From Blastocatellia bacterium (lineage in GTDB: Bacteria > Acidobacteriota > Blastocatellia > UBA7656), in NCBI GenBank assembly GCA_035649735.1, contig DASRIZ010000347.1, positions 1,321 to 65,320 on the forward strand: a DNA stretch of 64,000 nt, given 5' to 3'. How positions within the stretch are numbered: the stretch's first letter is position 1; every line of letters begins with the position of its first letter. The notes under the pieces were generated by a model. That model was not told the origin of the DNA and searched no databases. It saw nothing but the letters and a program-made list of their open reading frames with translations. Shown in pieces: positions 7,613 through 17,033 of this stretch. The position numbers and the translations under genes were made by a program.

Positions 7613-10594
7613 ATGCGACTCAAGAATCGAGCTGTGTTGTTCGTTTTGGTGCTTGCGCTCTCCGGCGCGTCGAGCCTTCCATTCAAAGCATCCGCTCAGA
7701 CCCAACAAGCGGCAACAGCCCAACGCCCAATCGAACTGGCCGATAGTCTGGCCTGGAAGCGCGTCGCATCGCCGAGCATCTCCAACGACGGGCAATGGTT
7801 CGCGCACAAGCTGACGCCGAACGAAGGAGACAGCGAGCTCGTCTTGCGCCGCATTGGCGACGGCAAGGAGTGGCGTTTCCCGGTCGGCGAAGCCCAGGAC
7901 GGCGGCGGCGGCCCGGCCTTTTTCGGCGGCGCCCGAGCGGCGGAGATCGCATTCTCGGATGATTCAAAATGGTTCGCCTTCACAATCTCGCCGACCTTCA
8001 AGGATGGCAAACGGCTGAAAAAAGAGCGGAAGCCACTGCAGAACAAAGTTGCGGTCATCAATCTGTCGACCGAAAAAAAGGTTGAATTCGAAAAGGTTAA
8101 ACGATTCGCTTTCTCAGGTGAGAACGCGTCCTGGATTGCCCTTCACAAGTACGGGGCTGAATCGCAGGGGCCGCCACCCGGCGCGCCGCCTGCATCAGCC
8201 TCGGGCGCTTCGACACCCGCGCCGGACAGGGCTACCGGCTCCGATCTGATACTGCGCGAGCTCGCCAGCGGTAATGAACTGAACGTAGGAAATGTTGCCG
8301 ACTATTCGTTTAACAAAAAAGGCGATTGGCTGGCCTGGACGATCGACGCCAACGAAAAGAGCGGCAACGGCGTGCAGGCGCGCAATATGGATTCGGGCGC
8401 GGTGCTCCCGCTCGACAGCGGCAAGGCCATCTACAGGGGTTTGAATTGGACCGAAAAGGGCGACGGTTTGGCGGCGGTCAAAGGCGTCGAAGATCGGGGC
8501 TACGAAGACAAGCTCTACGGCGTCGTGGCATTCAATGGTTTTGGCAATGCCGGCGGCCCAACAAAAGTTATCTACGATCCTCAAAAGGGCGAAGACAAAT
8601 CGTTCCCGTCAGGCATGACTGTTAGCCCTAATCGACCGCCGACGTGGACGGACGATTTCAGCGCTGTGCTCTTCGGCATTCACGAAGTTAAAAAGAAGAA
8701 GCCCGGGGCGCAGAGAGAAGCCCCCAAAGACGACGAGGCCAAACCTGACGTTGCCCAGATGAAGAAGCCGGAAGACGAGCCGGAGAAGCCGGATCTGGTC
8801 TTGTGGCATTGGCAGGACAAACGTCTGCAATCGCAGCAGCAGGTCGAAGAGAGCCGCGACAAGAACTTCAGTTACCTGTCCATCTATCGCGTGGCCGACA
8901 AGAAATTCATTCGTCTGGCCGATGAAGACCTGCGAAACGTAACTGCCGCGCCGAAACAGAAATTTGCCATCGGCTCCGACAACCGCGATTACGAGCCTTT
9001 GGGCAATCTGGACGGGCGGCGTTATCAGGACATCTACGTCGTTGACTTGAAGACTGGCGCGCGCAAGCTGGCGGTCAAAAAGAATCGCTGGAGCTCCGGC
9101 GCCTCGCCCGACGGAACGCACTTTGTGTATTACGACGAGGGCCACTTCTTCACCTACGACATGGCCACGGGCAAATCCTACAACGTGACCGAGAAAGTTC
9201 CCTCGGTCTTCTGGGATCAGGAAGACGACCACAACGTCGTTAAGCCGCCGACAAATGTTGTCGGCTGGACAAAAGACGGCGTGTCGGTGCTGCTGTCGGA
9301 CAACTGGGACATCTGGAACGTCCCAGTTCATGGCGGCCAGGCGGTGAACCTGACCGTCAACGGCAAAAAGGATCGTATCCGTTATCAGAACCGCTTCCGC
9401 ATTGATCCTGATGAGAAGGGGATTGATCTCGGCTCGCCGGTCTATGTTCGGGTTTACGGCGAATGGACTAAGAAGATGGGCATCGCGCGCATTGACGGCG
9501 GCAAGCCGGGCGCGAAGATGCTGCAATGGGACGACGCCGGATTCGGCGGCGTGATGAAAGCCCGTAAGGCGGATGTCTGGCTCTACTCACGCGAGACCTA
9601 TCAGGACGCTCCGAGCTACTATGTGGCAGATGCCGCGCTCGCCAACGGGAAAAAGATTACGGATGCCAACCCGCAGCAGAAAGATTTCCTCTGGTCATCC
9701 GGTTCCAAACTGATCGAATACACCTCGGCCAAAGGCGATAAGCTGCAAGGCGCGCTCTTTCTTCCCGCAAACTATCAACCGGGCAGGAGCTATCCGACCA
9801 TTGTCTACATCTATGAAAAACTCTCTCAGGGCTTGAACAGTTACGCCATTCCGACGACCAACGGCTTTAACAAATCCGTGTATACCAGCAACGGCTATGC
9901 GGTGTTGATGCCGGACATCGTTTACAAGGTCAACGATCCGGGGATGTCTGCAGTCTGGTGCGTGCTGCCCGCGCTTGAAGCGGCAATCAAAACCGGCGTG
10001 GTGGACAAGGACCGCGTCGGCATTCAGGGTCATTCGTGGGGCGGGTATCAGACTTCGTTTCTGGTCACCCAGACCGATGCATTCAAGGCCGCGATTGCCG
10101 GCGCGCCGCTAACCGAGATGATCTCGATGTACTACTCGATCTACTGGAATTCCGGCGGCGGCAACATGGCCATTTTTGAAAGCAGCCAGGGTCGTTTTAC
10201 CGGCAGCCCGATAGACGTAACCGATGCCTATGTTCGGAACTCGCCGATCTCGCACGCGAAGAACGTCAAGACTCCGCTGGTCATCCTGCACAACGACAAG
10301 GACGGCGCGGTGGACTTCACGCAGGGGATCTTTTATTACAACACGCTGCGGCGCTTGCAGAAGCCCGTGGTGATGCTGCAATACAAAGGCGAAAACCATG
10401 GCTTGAGAGTGCCTGCAAATATGAAGGACTACACTGTGCGAATGCGTGAGTTTTTCGATCACCACCTGAAGGGTAAGCCGGCGCCAAAATGGTGGACAGA
10501 AGGCGTACCGCTCCTTAAGTTGAAAGAGCACCTGGAGGAGCGCGCGCCCGGGAAGCCGCCGACGATTGATCCGCTGAACAACGACAACAGGTAG
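7613..10594 (+). CDS. Secreted S9 family serine peptidase (prolyl oligopeptidase/DPP-like) with a long N-terminal propeller region
   Basis: 993 aa. AGGAGG RBS and a signal peptide. Nucleophile motif GHSWGGYQT, followed by HNDKDGAVD and ENHGL (Asp/His). Confidence 0.9.
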   Translation: MRLKNRAVLFVLVLALSGASSLPFKASAQTQQAATAQRPIELADSLAWKRVASPSISNDGQWFAHKLTPNEGDSELVLRRIGDGKEWRFPVGEAQDGGGGPAFFGGARAAEIAFSDDSKWFAFTISPTFKDGKRLKKERKPLQNKVAVINLSTEKKVEFEKVKRFAFSGENASWIALHKYGAESQGPPPGAPPASASGASTPAPDRATGSDLILRELASGNELNVGNVADYSFNKKGDWLAWTIDANEKSGNGVQARNMDSGAVLPLDSGKAIYRGLNWTEKGDGLAAVKGVEDRGYEDKLYGVVAFNGFGNAGGPTKVIYDPQKGEDKSFPSGMTVSPNRPPTWTDDFSAVLFGIHEVKKKKPGAQREAPKDDEAKPDVAQMKKPEDEPEKPDLVLWHWQDKRLQSQQQVEESRDKNFSYLSIYRVADKKFIRLADEDLRNVTAAPKQKFAIGSDNRDYEPLGNLDGRRYQDIYVVDLKTGARKLAVKKNRWSSGASPDGTHFVYYDEGHFFTYDMATGKSYNVTEKVPSVFWDQEDDHNVVKPPTNVVGWTKDGVSVLLSDNWDIWNVPVHGGQAVNLTVNGKKDRIRYQNRFRIDPDEKGIDLGSPVYVRVYGEWTKKMGIARIDGGKPGAKMLQWDDAGFGGVMKARKADVWLYSRETYQDAPSYYVADAALANGKKITDANPQQKDFLWSSGSKLIEYTSAKGDKLQGALFLPANYQPGRSYPTIVYIYEKLSQGLNSYAIPTTNGFNKSVYTSNGYAVLMPDIVYKVNDPGMSAVWCVLPALEAAIKTGVVDKDRVGIQGHSWGGYQTSFLVTQTDAFKAAIAGAPLTEMISMYYSIYWNSGGGNMAIFESSQGRFTGSPIDVTDAYVRNSPISHAKNVKTPLVILHNDKDGAVDFTQGIFYYNTLRRLQKPVVMLQYKGENHGLRVPANMKDYTVRMREFFDHHLKGKPAPKWWTEGVPLLKLKEHLEERAPGKPPTIDPLNNDNR

Positions 10595-10688
10595 GAAAAG
10601 AAGAAGGCAGAAGGCGGAAGGCAGAGGGCAGTTCGTGTAAGCTGCTTTCTGCCTTCTGCTTTCTGCCTTCTGGCTTCTGTCTTCCGCC
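10595..10688. repeat. Heptamer-array hairpin, (GAAGGCA)n / (TGCCTTC)n family
   Basis: aagaaggcagaaggcggaaggcagagggcag - ttcgtgtaagc - tgctttctgccttctgctttctgccttctggcttctgtcttccgcc. It starts 1 nt after the peptidase stop. Confidence 0.85.
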
Positions 10689-10746
10689 GATGTGACCCTA
10701 TTAGGCGCTGTGGCCGGAACTGGCCGGTCTCGGTTAGACTGATTCT

Positions 10747-11202
10747 ATGAGTACACCAATGGAAGCAAAAGTCATAACTTGTCCAGCGTGCGGAGCAAAG
10801 AACCGAGTTCCGGCCGAGAAGCTTCGCGAGGGGCTCCAACCAGTCTGCGGACAGTGCCAGAGTACGCTTGCAGTTTCAACAATTCCCACAACAGTGACCG
10901 ATGCGAACTTCGCTGAAGAAGTGGAGCGTTCGCCGCTGCCGGTGTTGTTGGACATGTGGGCGCCCTGGTGCGGACCTTGTCGGATGATCGCTCCGGTAAT
11001 CGAACAGCTCGCAGGCGAGCTTGCCGGCCGGGTGAAAGTAGCCAAGCTAAACACCGACGAGAACCCGATGACTGCATCGCGATTCAACGTCCGCAGCATT
11101 CCGACGCTCCTGGTGATAAAGGGCGAGAAAGAGATCGATCGCCTGGTCGGAGCAATGCCTAAACAAGAGATCCTGCGCAGGATCGAGCCGCTGATCAAAT
11201 GA
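10747..11202 (+). CDS. trxC: Thioredoxin with an N-terminal zinc-finger extension (Trx2 type)
   Basis: 151 aa. CPACG...CGQC zinc finger, then WAPWCGPCR. Confidence 0.85.
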   Translation: MSTPMEAKVITCPACGAKNRVPAEKLREGLQPVCGQCQSTLAVSTIPTTVTDANFAEEVERSPLPVLLDMWAPWCGPCRMIAPVIEQLAGELAGRVKVAKLNTDENPMTASRFNVRSIPTLLVIKGEKEIDRLVGAMPKQEILRRIEPLIK

Positions 11203-11918
11203 CCCGAAACTGCGAGACGGTGGTCGCAAGAAGGGGCCGGCCCTCGACATCGATAGCTCTGAGGCTCGGTCTGCAATCTGTACTTCTCGTCGCAGTTCTA
11301 CACTCCGGTTACCGAGTCGAAGCTCAGGGGCCGCCCAAGGAAGCCGGCACTTTCCGGAAGCCGGATCTCATCGAACTTATCAAACTCGATCGCACCATCA
11401 GGCTCGACATTCGATACGCGACTTCGAACAACTTTCTCGGAAAGCCGGTCTATAAACAGGCTAGAGCGTTTCTGCAGCGCCCCGCCGCGGAAGCCCTGGT
11501 GCGGGCAAACAAAGCTCTTCGAAAAAACGGCTACGGTTTGCTCATCCACGATGGTTATCGCCCGTGGTCGGTGACCAAAATGTTCTGGGACGCGACGCCC
11601 GCGGAAAAAAAAGAATTCGTGGCTGATCCGTCCCAGGGCTCGCGTCACAACCGAGGCTGCGCTGTTGATCTCTCGCTGTTTGATGTGAGAACCGGAAAGG
11701 CTGTCATGATGCCGTCAGGCTATGACGAGATGACCGAGCGATCGCATATAAACTATACCGGCGGGACCGATGAGCAGCGCCGGCTGCGCGATATGCTCCG
11801 CACAGCTATGGAGGCCGAGGGCTTCGCTGTTTACGAACCGGAGTGGTGGCACTACGATTACAAGGACTGGAAAGAGTATCCAATCCTGAACATCGCGTTT
11901 TCGGAAATCCACAAGTAA
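11199..11918 (+). CDS. ddpX: D-alanyl-D-alanine dipeptidase (VanX/DdpX, M15D)
   Basis: 239 aa. [18 protein letters not shown] and EWWHYD are present. An ATGA overlap links it to the trxC stop. Confidence 0.85.
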   Translation: MTRNCETVVARRGRPSTSIALRLGLQSVLLVAVLHSGYRVEAQGPPKEAGTFRKPDLIELIKLDRTIRLDIRYATSNNFLGKPVYKQARAFLQRPAAEALVRANKALRKNGYGLLIHDGYRPWSVTKMFWDATPAEKKEFVADPSQGSRHNRGCAVDLSLFDVRTGKAVMMPSGYDEMTERSHINYTGGTDEQRRLRDMLRTAMEAEGFAVYEPEWWHYDYKDWKEYPILNIAFSEIHK

Positions 11919-11931
11919 AAGTGAGCGAGGC

Positions 11932-13422
11932 TTACCGAATCTCTTTCCGCGCGAGCTGGAGCGCAAGCTCGAGATCCCTGTCCTTCCCAGCAATCAAATC
12001 TTCTATCGTGTGCTCGACTGGATAGTCCGGGACAATTCCGCGCGAAGCGGCTTTGTATCCGCTGACTGCCATGTAATAAGTCACGATTGGCACCACGACA
12101 CCAACCTGAGTGTTGGGTAGTTTCACCAGCGGCGAGAACCCCGAGCTGTTGCCGTAGTAACCTCCGGCCGATTCTTCTCCAATAAAAGTTGCTCGTTTTA
12201 GATAATGTGCGTGTGAGGAAAACTCGGATGTTGCGGAGAAGCTGCCACCGTTGATCAGGATGTAAACCTTACCGTTAAATGTCGGCTTGTTCGGTTGATT
12301 GATGCCCCAATTCGGATGACCGCTCAGATGGATCTTGCCATCCGCGTCGCGGGTGTACATTTTCTCCGGCGGTTTAAAGTTGGGCTGATTGGTGTATTTC
12401 AAAAAGCTGAATGTGTCGCTATTTGCGACCAGGTCCTCGTAATACTTGAACGGCTTGTCGATCAAATATGAAAGCAGCAGCTTTCCAAGTTCGTCTTCTC
12501 CGCCGCCGTTGTTTCGCAGATCAAGGATAAGCGCGCGAGTACCCTTGGTCTGCAGCTCCTCGAAGGACTCCTTGAAAAAGGCCCTGAGTCCCTTTTTGGT
12601 CTCCAGATCGGAAAAGCCGCCGAATTGATAGATCTTCATCTGCGCAGTCCTGCCATCATCGAGATATTTAATTTCGGCCGCTCGCCCGGATGGTATGTCC
12701 TGCGGGTACGCCGCCCTGGAGATCTCTTGCAGTTTCGGAAGCGGGACGCCTTCAAGCCTCGCCTTCTGTTCGCGCTTCATCTTCGCGTCCCAAAGAACCA
12801 CATCGTAAGGGCTCTTCAAAGCTAACATCGAAATGAGCAAGTTTGAGAATCGCAAGTCGCCGATACGCGTTTGCCTTGACGTCTCCACATCGCCGTCTCC
12901 TGAAGCCGCGGCCATCATCGTCTCAACAATCCTTCTCGCCGCGACACCATTGATCGAGCGAATCTCCATTCCGGCAAGCTGCCCGACATTCGAATAGTCT
13001 CTAAACACATACGGCTTCTTTGCAATGACGCGAACCCTAAGCGGCAACAGAGGCGCACGAGTGTTCAACTCCGCGCGCAACGCTTCCGGCAATATCACCG
13101 ACGTATGTCCGCACTTGATTTGATTCACAGCAGGACTTAGCACGCGAAAGAATTCGTATGCGTCCATCGGATGATTTAGAGATCGTGCAGCTTGATTGAA
13201 GATCTGGTCGAGCCTGGCCTTGGGCGTGTAACGATAGATCCCGCTATGGCCTTCTTCGAGAGCCCGGCGAGCAATCTGAAAGTCCTCGAGTAATTGCGCA
13301 GGCGTGAACTTTGGAAGGTTAGCTTCAGCGTTGTCGCCAGAGGCCGCGGGCCAAGCCTCGCAAAACGCAAAACTCGCGGGCAGGAGGAGGAGCGCACACG
13401 CCACTGCGAGAAGTCTTTTCAT
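11932..13422 (-). CDS. Secreted S41 family peptidase (tail-specific protease-like)
   Basis: LDLRNNGGG and GGSFSATSEF motifs. Start set at M18 (MKRLLAVACALLLLPASFA signal peptide; GAGGTG + 7 nt upstream). Confidence 0.85.
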   Translation of the reverse strand: MKRLLAVACALLLLPASFAFCEAWPAASGDNAEANLPKFTPAQLLEDFQIARRALEEGHSGIYRYTPKARLDQIFNQAARSLNHPMDAYEFFRVLSPAVNQIKCGHTSVILPEALRAELNTRAPLLPLRVRVIAKKPYVFRDYSNVGQLAGMEIRSINGVAARRIVETMMAAASGDGDVETSRQTRIGDLRFSNLLISMLALKSPYDVVLWDAKMKREQKARLEGVPLPKLQEISRAAYPQDIPSGRAAEIKYLDDGRTAQMKIYQFGGFSDLETKKGLRAFFKESFEELQTKGTRALILDLRNNGGGEDELGKLLLSYLIDKPFKYYEDLVANSDTFSFLKYTNQPNFKPPEKMYTRDADGKIHLSGHPNWGINQPNKPTFNGKVYILINGGSFSATSEFSSHAHYLKRATFIGEESAGGYYGNSSGFSPLVKLPNTQVGVVVPIVTYYMAVSGYKAASRGIVPDYPVEHTIEDLIAGKDRDLELALQLARKEIR

Positions 13423-13651
13423 CGAAGTGCACCTCTTAAATTGTTGCGAACTAAGCTCAGGTGGCACGCACAATTTGATTACCGAGCCTTAGAAGATTGC
13501 ACGACACCTACTGCATAAACAATACGGCTAACTCACGTTAGCGAGTGCAATGACAATGAGTTGCCACAGCACCTCGCCACTACTATTCTATTCATCGCAT
13601 TCGGCTTGGCGATCGTCACGATCGTACCCCGGTCGGAGAAAAGGAGAACCA

Positions 13652-14206
13652 ATGCCTCTGTCAAAGAAGATTCAGGAGCTCGTCGACAGGATAACGCACA
13701 CCCGGAAGAAGCTCCTTCAATCCGTCTCCGGGCTCAGCGAGTCGCAGTTAAAGCACAAGGCTGAAGAAACCGGGTGGTCGATCAGCGACATCCTGAGCCA
13801 TGTTTCGCTGACCGATGAGGCGAACGCAAAGCTCACATCACTCCTGCTCAAGCGCGCGCGCGCCACCACCCTGCCTCCGGATCCCTCGCCTGACGCCTCG
13901 GAGATTCATTCGACGGACGAAATACTCCCGAAGATGAATGCGGCGAAGTTCCAGGCGCCTGAAATCGTCAAGCCGCATCCGAACGCGCCTGTAGACGAGT
14001 CATTGTCCCGGCTGAAGATTGCCAGAGAAAGGATGCTCGCGAATATCGAACAGCTTGATGGGTTTGATCTGTGCGGGCTGACCTACCCGCACCCTTTTGC
14101 GGGCGAGCTGAACGCCTATCAGTGGATTCTGATGGCTGGCGCGCACGAGGCCCGACACGCGGAACAGGTCATTCGAATGAAATCGGAGCCGGGGTTTCCG
14201 GGTTAG
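13652..14206 (+). CDS. DinB-fold family protein
   Basis: Start set at the ATG at 13652 (AAGGAG + 5 nt). Four-helix DinB-like pattern with C-terminal AGAHEARHAEQV. Confidence 0.75.
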   Translation: MPLSKKIQELVDRITHTRKKLLQSVSGLSESQLKHKAEETGWSISDILSHVSLTDEANAKLTSLLLKRARATTLPPDPSPDASEIHSTDEILPKMNAAKFQAPEIVKPHPNAPVDESLSRLKIARERMLANIEQLDGFDLCGLTYPHPFAGELNAYQWILMAGAHEARHAEQVIRMKSEPGFPG

Positions 14207-14407
14207 TGCGCGCCCTTTTTTGGAGTGCGCCGCCCTCTTCCGCAATGAGTGACTCTCGCATGCGTGGCGGCGCTTTGGCCTCTTGAACTTTGCCAACGAG
14301 CGGTGTTGTCCGGCGTCTCCGACCAATGCTGCAAAAGCGCCGCCACGCATGCGTTAGTCACGCAATGCGAAAAGGGCGGCGCATTCCAAATAGGGCGTGC
14401 ACTAACC
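14201..14407. repeat. Long imperfect inverted repeat (~77-nt arms, ~52-nt spacer) bridging two convergent stop codons; each arm contains GCGCCGCC...GGCGGCGC
   Basis: The reverse complement of 14330-14407 aligns base-for-base with 14201-14277, with a handful of mismatches or indels (ggttagtgcRcgccct..tgcgccgccct..cgcatgcgtggcggcgcttt). Confidence 0.8.
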
Positions 14408-14412
14408 TGACC

Positions 14413-15663
14413 CTAAGGCCGCGGCGTCACTTGCAGGTTCTGGTTATCCAGCGTAAACCCTACAAAACCGATCATCATCTCATCCCAGGTCTGCGGGCCC
14501 CAACGAACAGTTTTCGCAGGATCGGGATTCCATTTGTTGGCAGGCGAATTGTCGAAATGAGCTACGCAGATCAGCCGGGCGCCCTTTGGCGCCGCCACTG
14601 GTTCTTTGAATTCATAACGAGTCTGCCAGTTAAAGCTGTAGCGCGGCACGGACAGGATCACCTTTGATGTTCCATCGGGATAGATCAATCGATATTCAAA
14701 GTCTTTGCCGCGCACGTGCATGTGCGGCATCAGGTTCATGATGTGCGAGTCTTCTTTGAACGTATGTGAAGAGCTAACCTCATAGTTACCGTCGCCTGGC
14801 GGAATCGCGAACCTTCGGTTCATCGCCGCGCCGCCGATTGCAGCCTTCTCGATCGCTTTCCGACTGAAGATCAACCCTACAGAGGTTCGATCTTTTTGCG
14901 CGGTCCCGTTCGGTGTGTAATGCACCTGCAAGACAAGAATTGAACCGGCCTTTATTAAACGTCCGACTCCATCAGGCAGGATTACTCCGGCTTCGCCCGG
15001 GGCAGTGCCGACTAGTCCGTCGATGCCGCCCTCCCCAAACAACGACAGCCGCTGTCTGAGCGATTCGGTGTTTGCGACGAATACGATAACGTGATGTACA
15101 ACTGCGCGGTTGCCGGGTCTGACCTCGGCTGCTTGAATCCACTTGTCTTCGGTAAACCCGGTCGGCACCAGGAAGTATTGATAGTTGACTACGCCCTCGG
15201 CGGGAACGTTGTACTCCTTGGACATGGTAAGCACGACATCGGGTTTCCCGATCTGCCAGCCTTCGGTGAATTGCGGGGCACGCGGGAGATCTCTGGGATT
15301 GCCTTCAACTGCGCCGCCATCAACCCATCGAACTATCGTGTCGATATCTTTTTTGGAGAGCCGCCGATCGTTCTTAAAGCTGCCGTGTTGGGGATCGGCG
15401 TGCCAGGGCGGCATCGTGCCCTCGGCGACTTTTTCGCGAATCGACTTGGCCCAGGGCCTTGCGTCTTTGAAACTCATCAATGACATGGGAGCGATCTCGC
15501 CGGGGCGATGACAGGTCGCGCAGTTCTTGTAGAAGATCGGGGCGACGTCTTTGTTGAATGTCACCGCCGCGGGGGATGAGCTTGCGCGAGAGCTGCCTCC
15601 AAACGAGACGAAGACCACTCCCAACAAGATCGCGGGAACGACGATCAATCGAATGCTTCTCAT
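14413..15663 (-). CDS. Secreted cytochrome c domain fused to a PHM/DBH-like copper monooxygenase-fold domain
   Basis: Start set at M54 (GGAGGAG RBS and signal peptide). Heme motif [15 protein letters not shown], with His clusters HHVIVF and HMHVRGK. Confidence 0.7.
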   Translation of the reverse strand: MRSIRLIVVPAILLGVVFVSFGGSSRASSSPAAVTFNKDVAPIFYKNCATCHRPGEIAPMSLMSFKDARPWAKSIREKVAEGTMPPWHADPQHGSFKNDRRLSKKDIDTIVRWVDGGAVEGNPRDLPRAPQFTEGWQIGKPDVVLTMSKEYNVPAEGVVNYQYFLVPTGFTEDKWIQAAEVRPGNRAVVHHVIVFVANTESLRQRLSLFGEGGIDGLVGTAPGEAGVILPDGVGRLIKAGSILVLQVHYTPNGTAQKDRTSVGLIFSRKAIEKAAIGGAAMNRRFAIPPGDGNYEVSSSHTFKEDSHIMNLMPHMHVRGKDFEYRLIYPDGTSKVILSVPRYSFNWQTRYEFKEPVAAPKGARLICVAHFDNSPANKWNPDPAKTVRWGPQTWDEMMIGFVGFTLDNQNLQVTPRP

Positions 15664-15866
15664 GGTGCTCCTCCGAAAAGTGCTGCTGCCTGAGTCTGGT
15701 AAGACTAAATCAACGATTCGGCGGTTTGATTTTTTGCCGGCGCTGAGCGTTGCTCGCTGCGCCCAAACTTTACCCTCAAGCCTGGATGCCATCCTATGGA
15801 GCGAAAGACCGGAATGCAACATCCTGTGCTAGAATCCACCCACGATTTCGCTCAGGAGGCCGATAG

Positions 15867-16274
15867 TTGAACGAGAACCACGTTCAAATAACGACGATGA
15901 TCGCAGCCGCAATCGCAGATCACGCGCGTCGCGAGCACCCCGCGGAATGCTGCGGATTGCTTAGCGGCAGCAACGGCTTGATTACCGATATTCACCAGCT
16001 TCGTAATGATGCTGACAAACCACAGACCCGGTATTTCGCCACCCCCGAAGAGTTGTTTGCGGCGATGCGGCGAATACGCGAGTCGGGACAGTCGTTGCTG
16101 GGTGTCTATCATTCTCATCCGCGCACGCCGGCTTACCCCTCGGCCTCGGATGTCGAGATGGCTTTCTACCCCGAAGCGTTCTACTTTATCATTTCGCTCG
16201 AGCCGGTCATCGAGCTTCGAGCATTCAAGATAGAGGATTCAAGAATTGAAGACGTGCAAGTCTCAATAACCTAG
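15867..16274 (+). CDS. JAMM/MPN+ metalloprotease (Mov34 family)
   Basis: 135 aa. TTG start 7 nt after GGAGG. ECCGLL and the JAMM motif HSHPRTPAYPSASD (HxHx7SxxD) are present. Confidence 0.85.
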   Translation: MNENHVQITTMIAAAIADHARREHPAECCGLLSGSNGLITDIHQLRNDADKPQTRYFATPEELFAAMRRIRESGQSLLGVYHSHPRTPAYPSASDVEMAFYPEAFYFIISLEPVIELRAFKIEDSRIEDVQVSIT

Positions 16275-16334
16275 ACAACTATATTACTTCTTCGGAAGAA
16301 GACGATTGAATGACTGGCGAACGAGCAGCGTGAA

Positions 16335-17033
16335 ATGACAGACGGAAACGCGATCAAGGTGTCCGCACTACTCTTCGGACAGGCTCGAGAATGGGTTGGT
16401 TCTTCAAACGTGGATCTCACCCTCGAAGCCCCGGCAACAGTTCAAGACGCTTTCGCAATACTAAAATCAATGCATCCGCGGCTCGCCGAAATGGAGCGTA
16501 GCCTGTTGTTTGCGGTAAACGAGGAATACGCCTCGCATTCGCATCCCCTATCGGATGGCGACCGTCTTGCAGTTCTTCCTCCGGTGAGCGGCGGAGAAAC
16601 AAACAACCGCGACATCTTTGAGATAACCCGCGAACCGATCGACATTGCAGACCTGCGAGCACGCCTGCTCGAGGGAGACTCAGGCGCGGTGGTCATATTT
16701 GATGGAGTCGCCCGCAACAATACTAAAGGCCGGCCGACGCAATATCTTGAATACGAGGGCTACGAGCCAATGTCACTCCGGACGATGGAACAGATCGGAC
16801 GCGAGATACACGAGCGCTGGGCGATCAATCGGGTCGGGATCATCCATCGCCTGGGCCGGATCGATACGACTGAATCAAGCGTTGTCATTGTTGTAACGTC
16901 GGCTCATCGCAAGATCGCATTCGAAGCCTGTCACTACGCCATCGATCGCCTAAAGAAGATCGTGCCGATTTGGAAGAAGGAGTTCTTCGAAGACGGCGCG
17001 GTGTGGGTAGAGAATGAAGAGGCGCGGAGATAG
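16335..17033 (+). CDS. Fused molybdopterin synthase MoaD-MoaE (MoaX-like)
   Basis: Residues 1-87 form a MoaD/ThiS beta-grasp ending PPVSGG (GG codons at 16590-16595). The rest is MoaE (LEYEGY, HRLGRI, SAHRKIAFEAC, PIWKKE). Confidence 0.85.
   Translation: MTDGNAIKVSALLFGQAREWVGSSNVDLTLEAPATVQDAFAILKSMHPRLAEMERSLLFAVNEEYASHSHPLSDGDRLAVLPPVSGGETNNRDIFEITREPIDIADLRARLLEGDSGAVVIFDGVARNNTKGRPTQYLEYEGYEPMSLRTMEQIGREIHERWAINRVGIIHRLGRIDTTESSVVIVVTSAHRKIAFEACHYAIDRLKKIVPIWKKEFFEDGAVWVENEEARR

Noticed and set aside
8609-9526. 305-aa minus-strand ORF. Similar long antisense ORFs lie at 29322-30056, 34719-35519, 36331-37065, 18943-19803, 44141-44713, 44789-45397, 41852-42460 and 60481-61053.
   Set aside because: Each lies antisense within a gene that has clear family motifs (S9 peptidase, deoB, NHL protein, J-protein, gyrA, lon, clpP, rpoN). 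None has a recognisable motif or an RBS.
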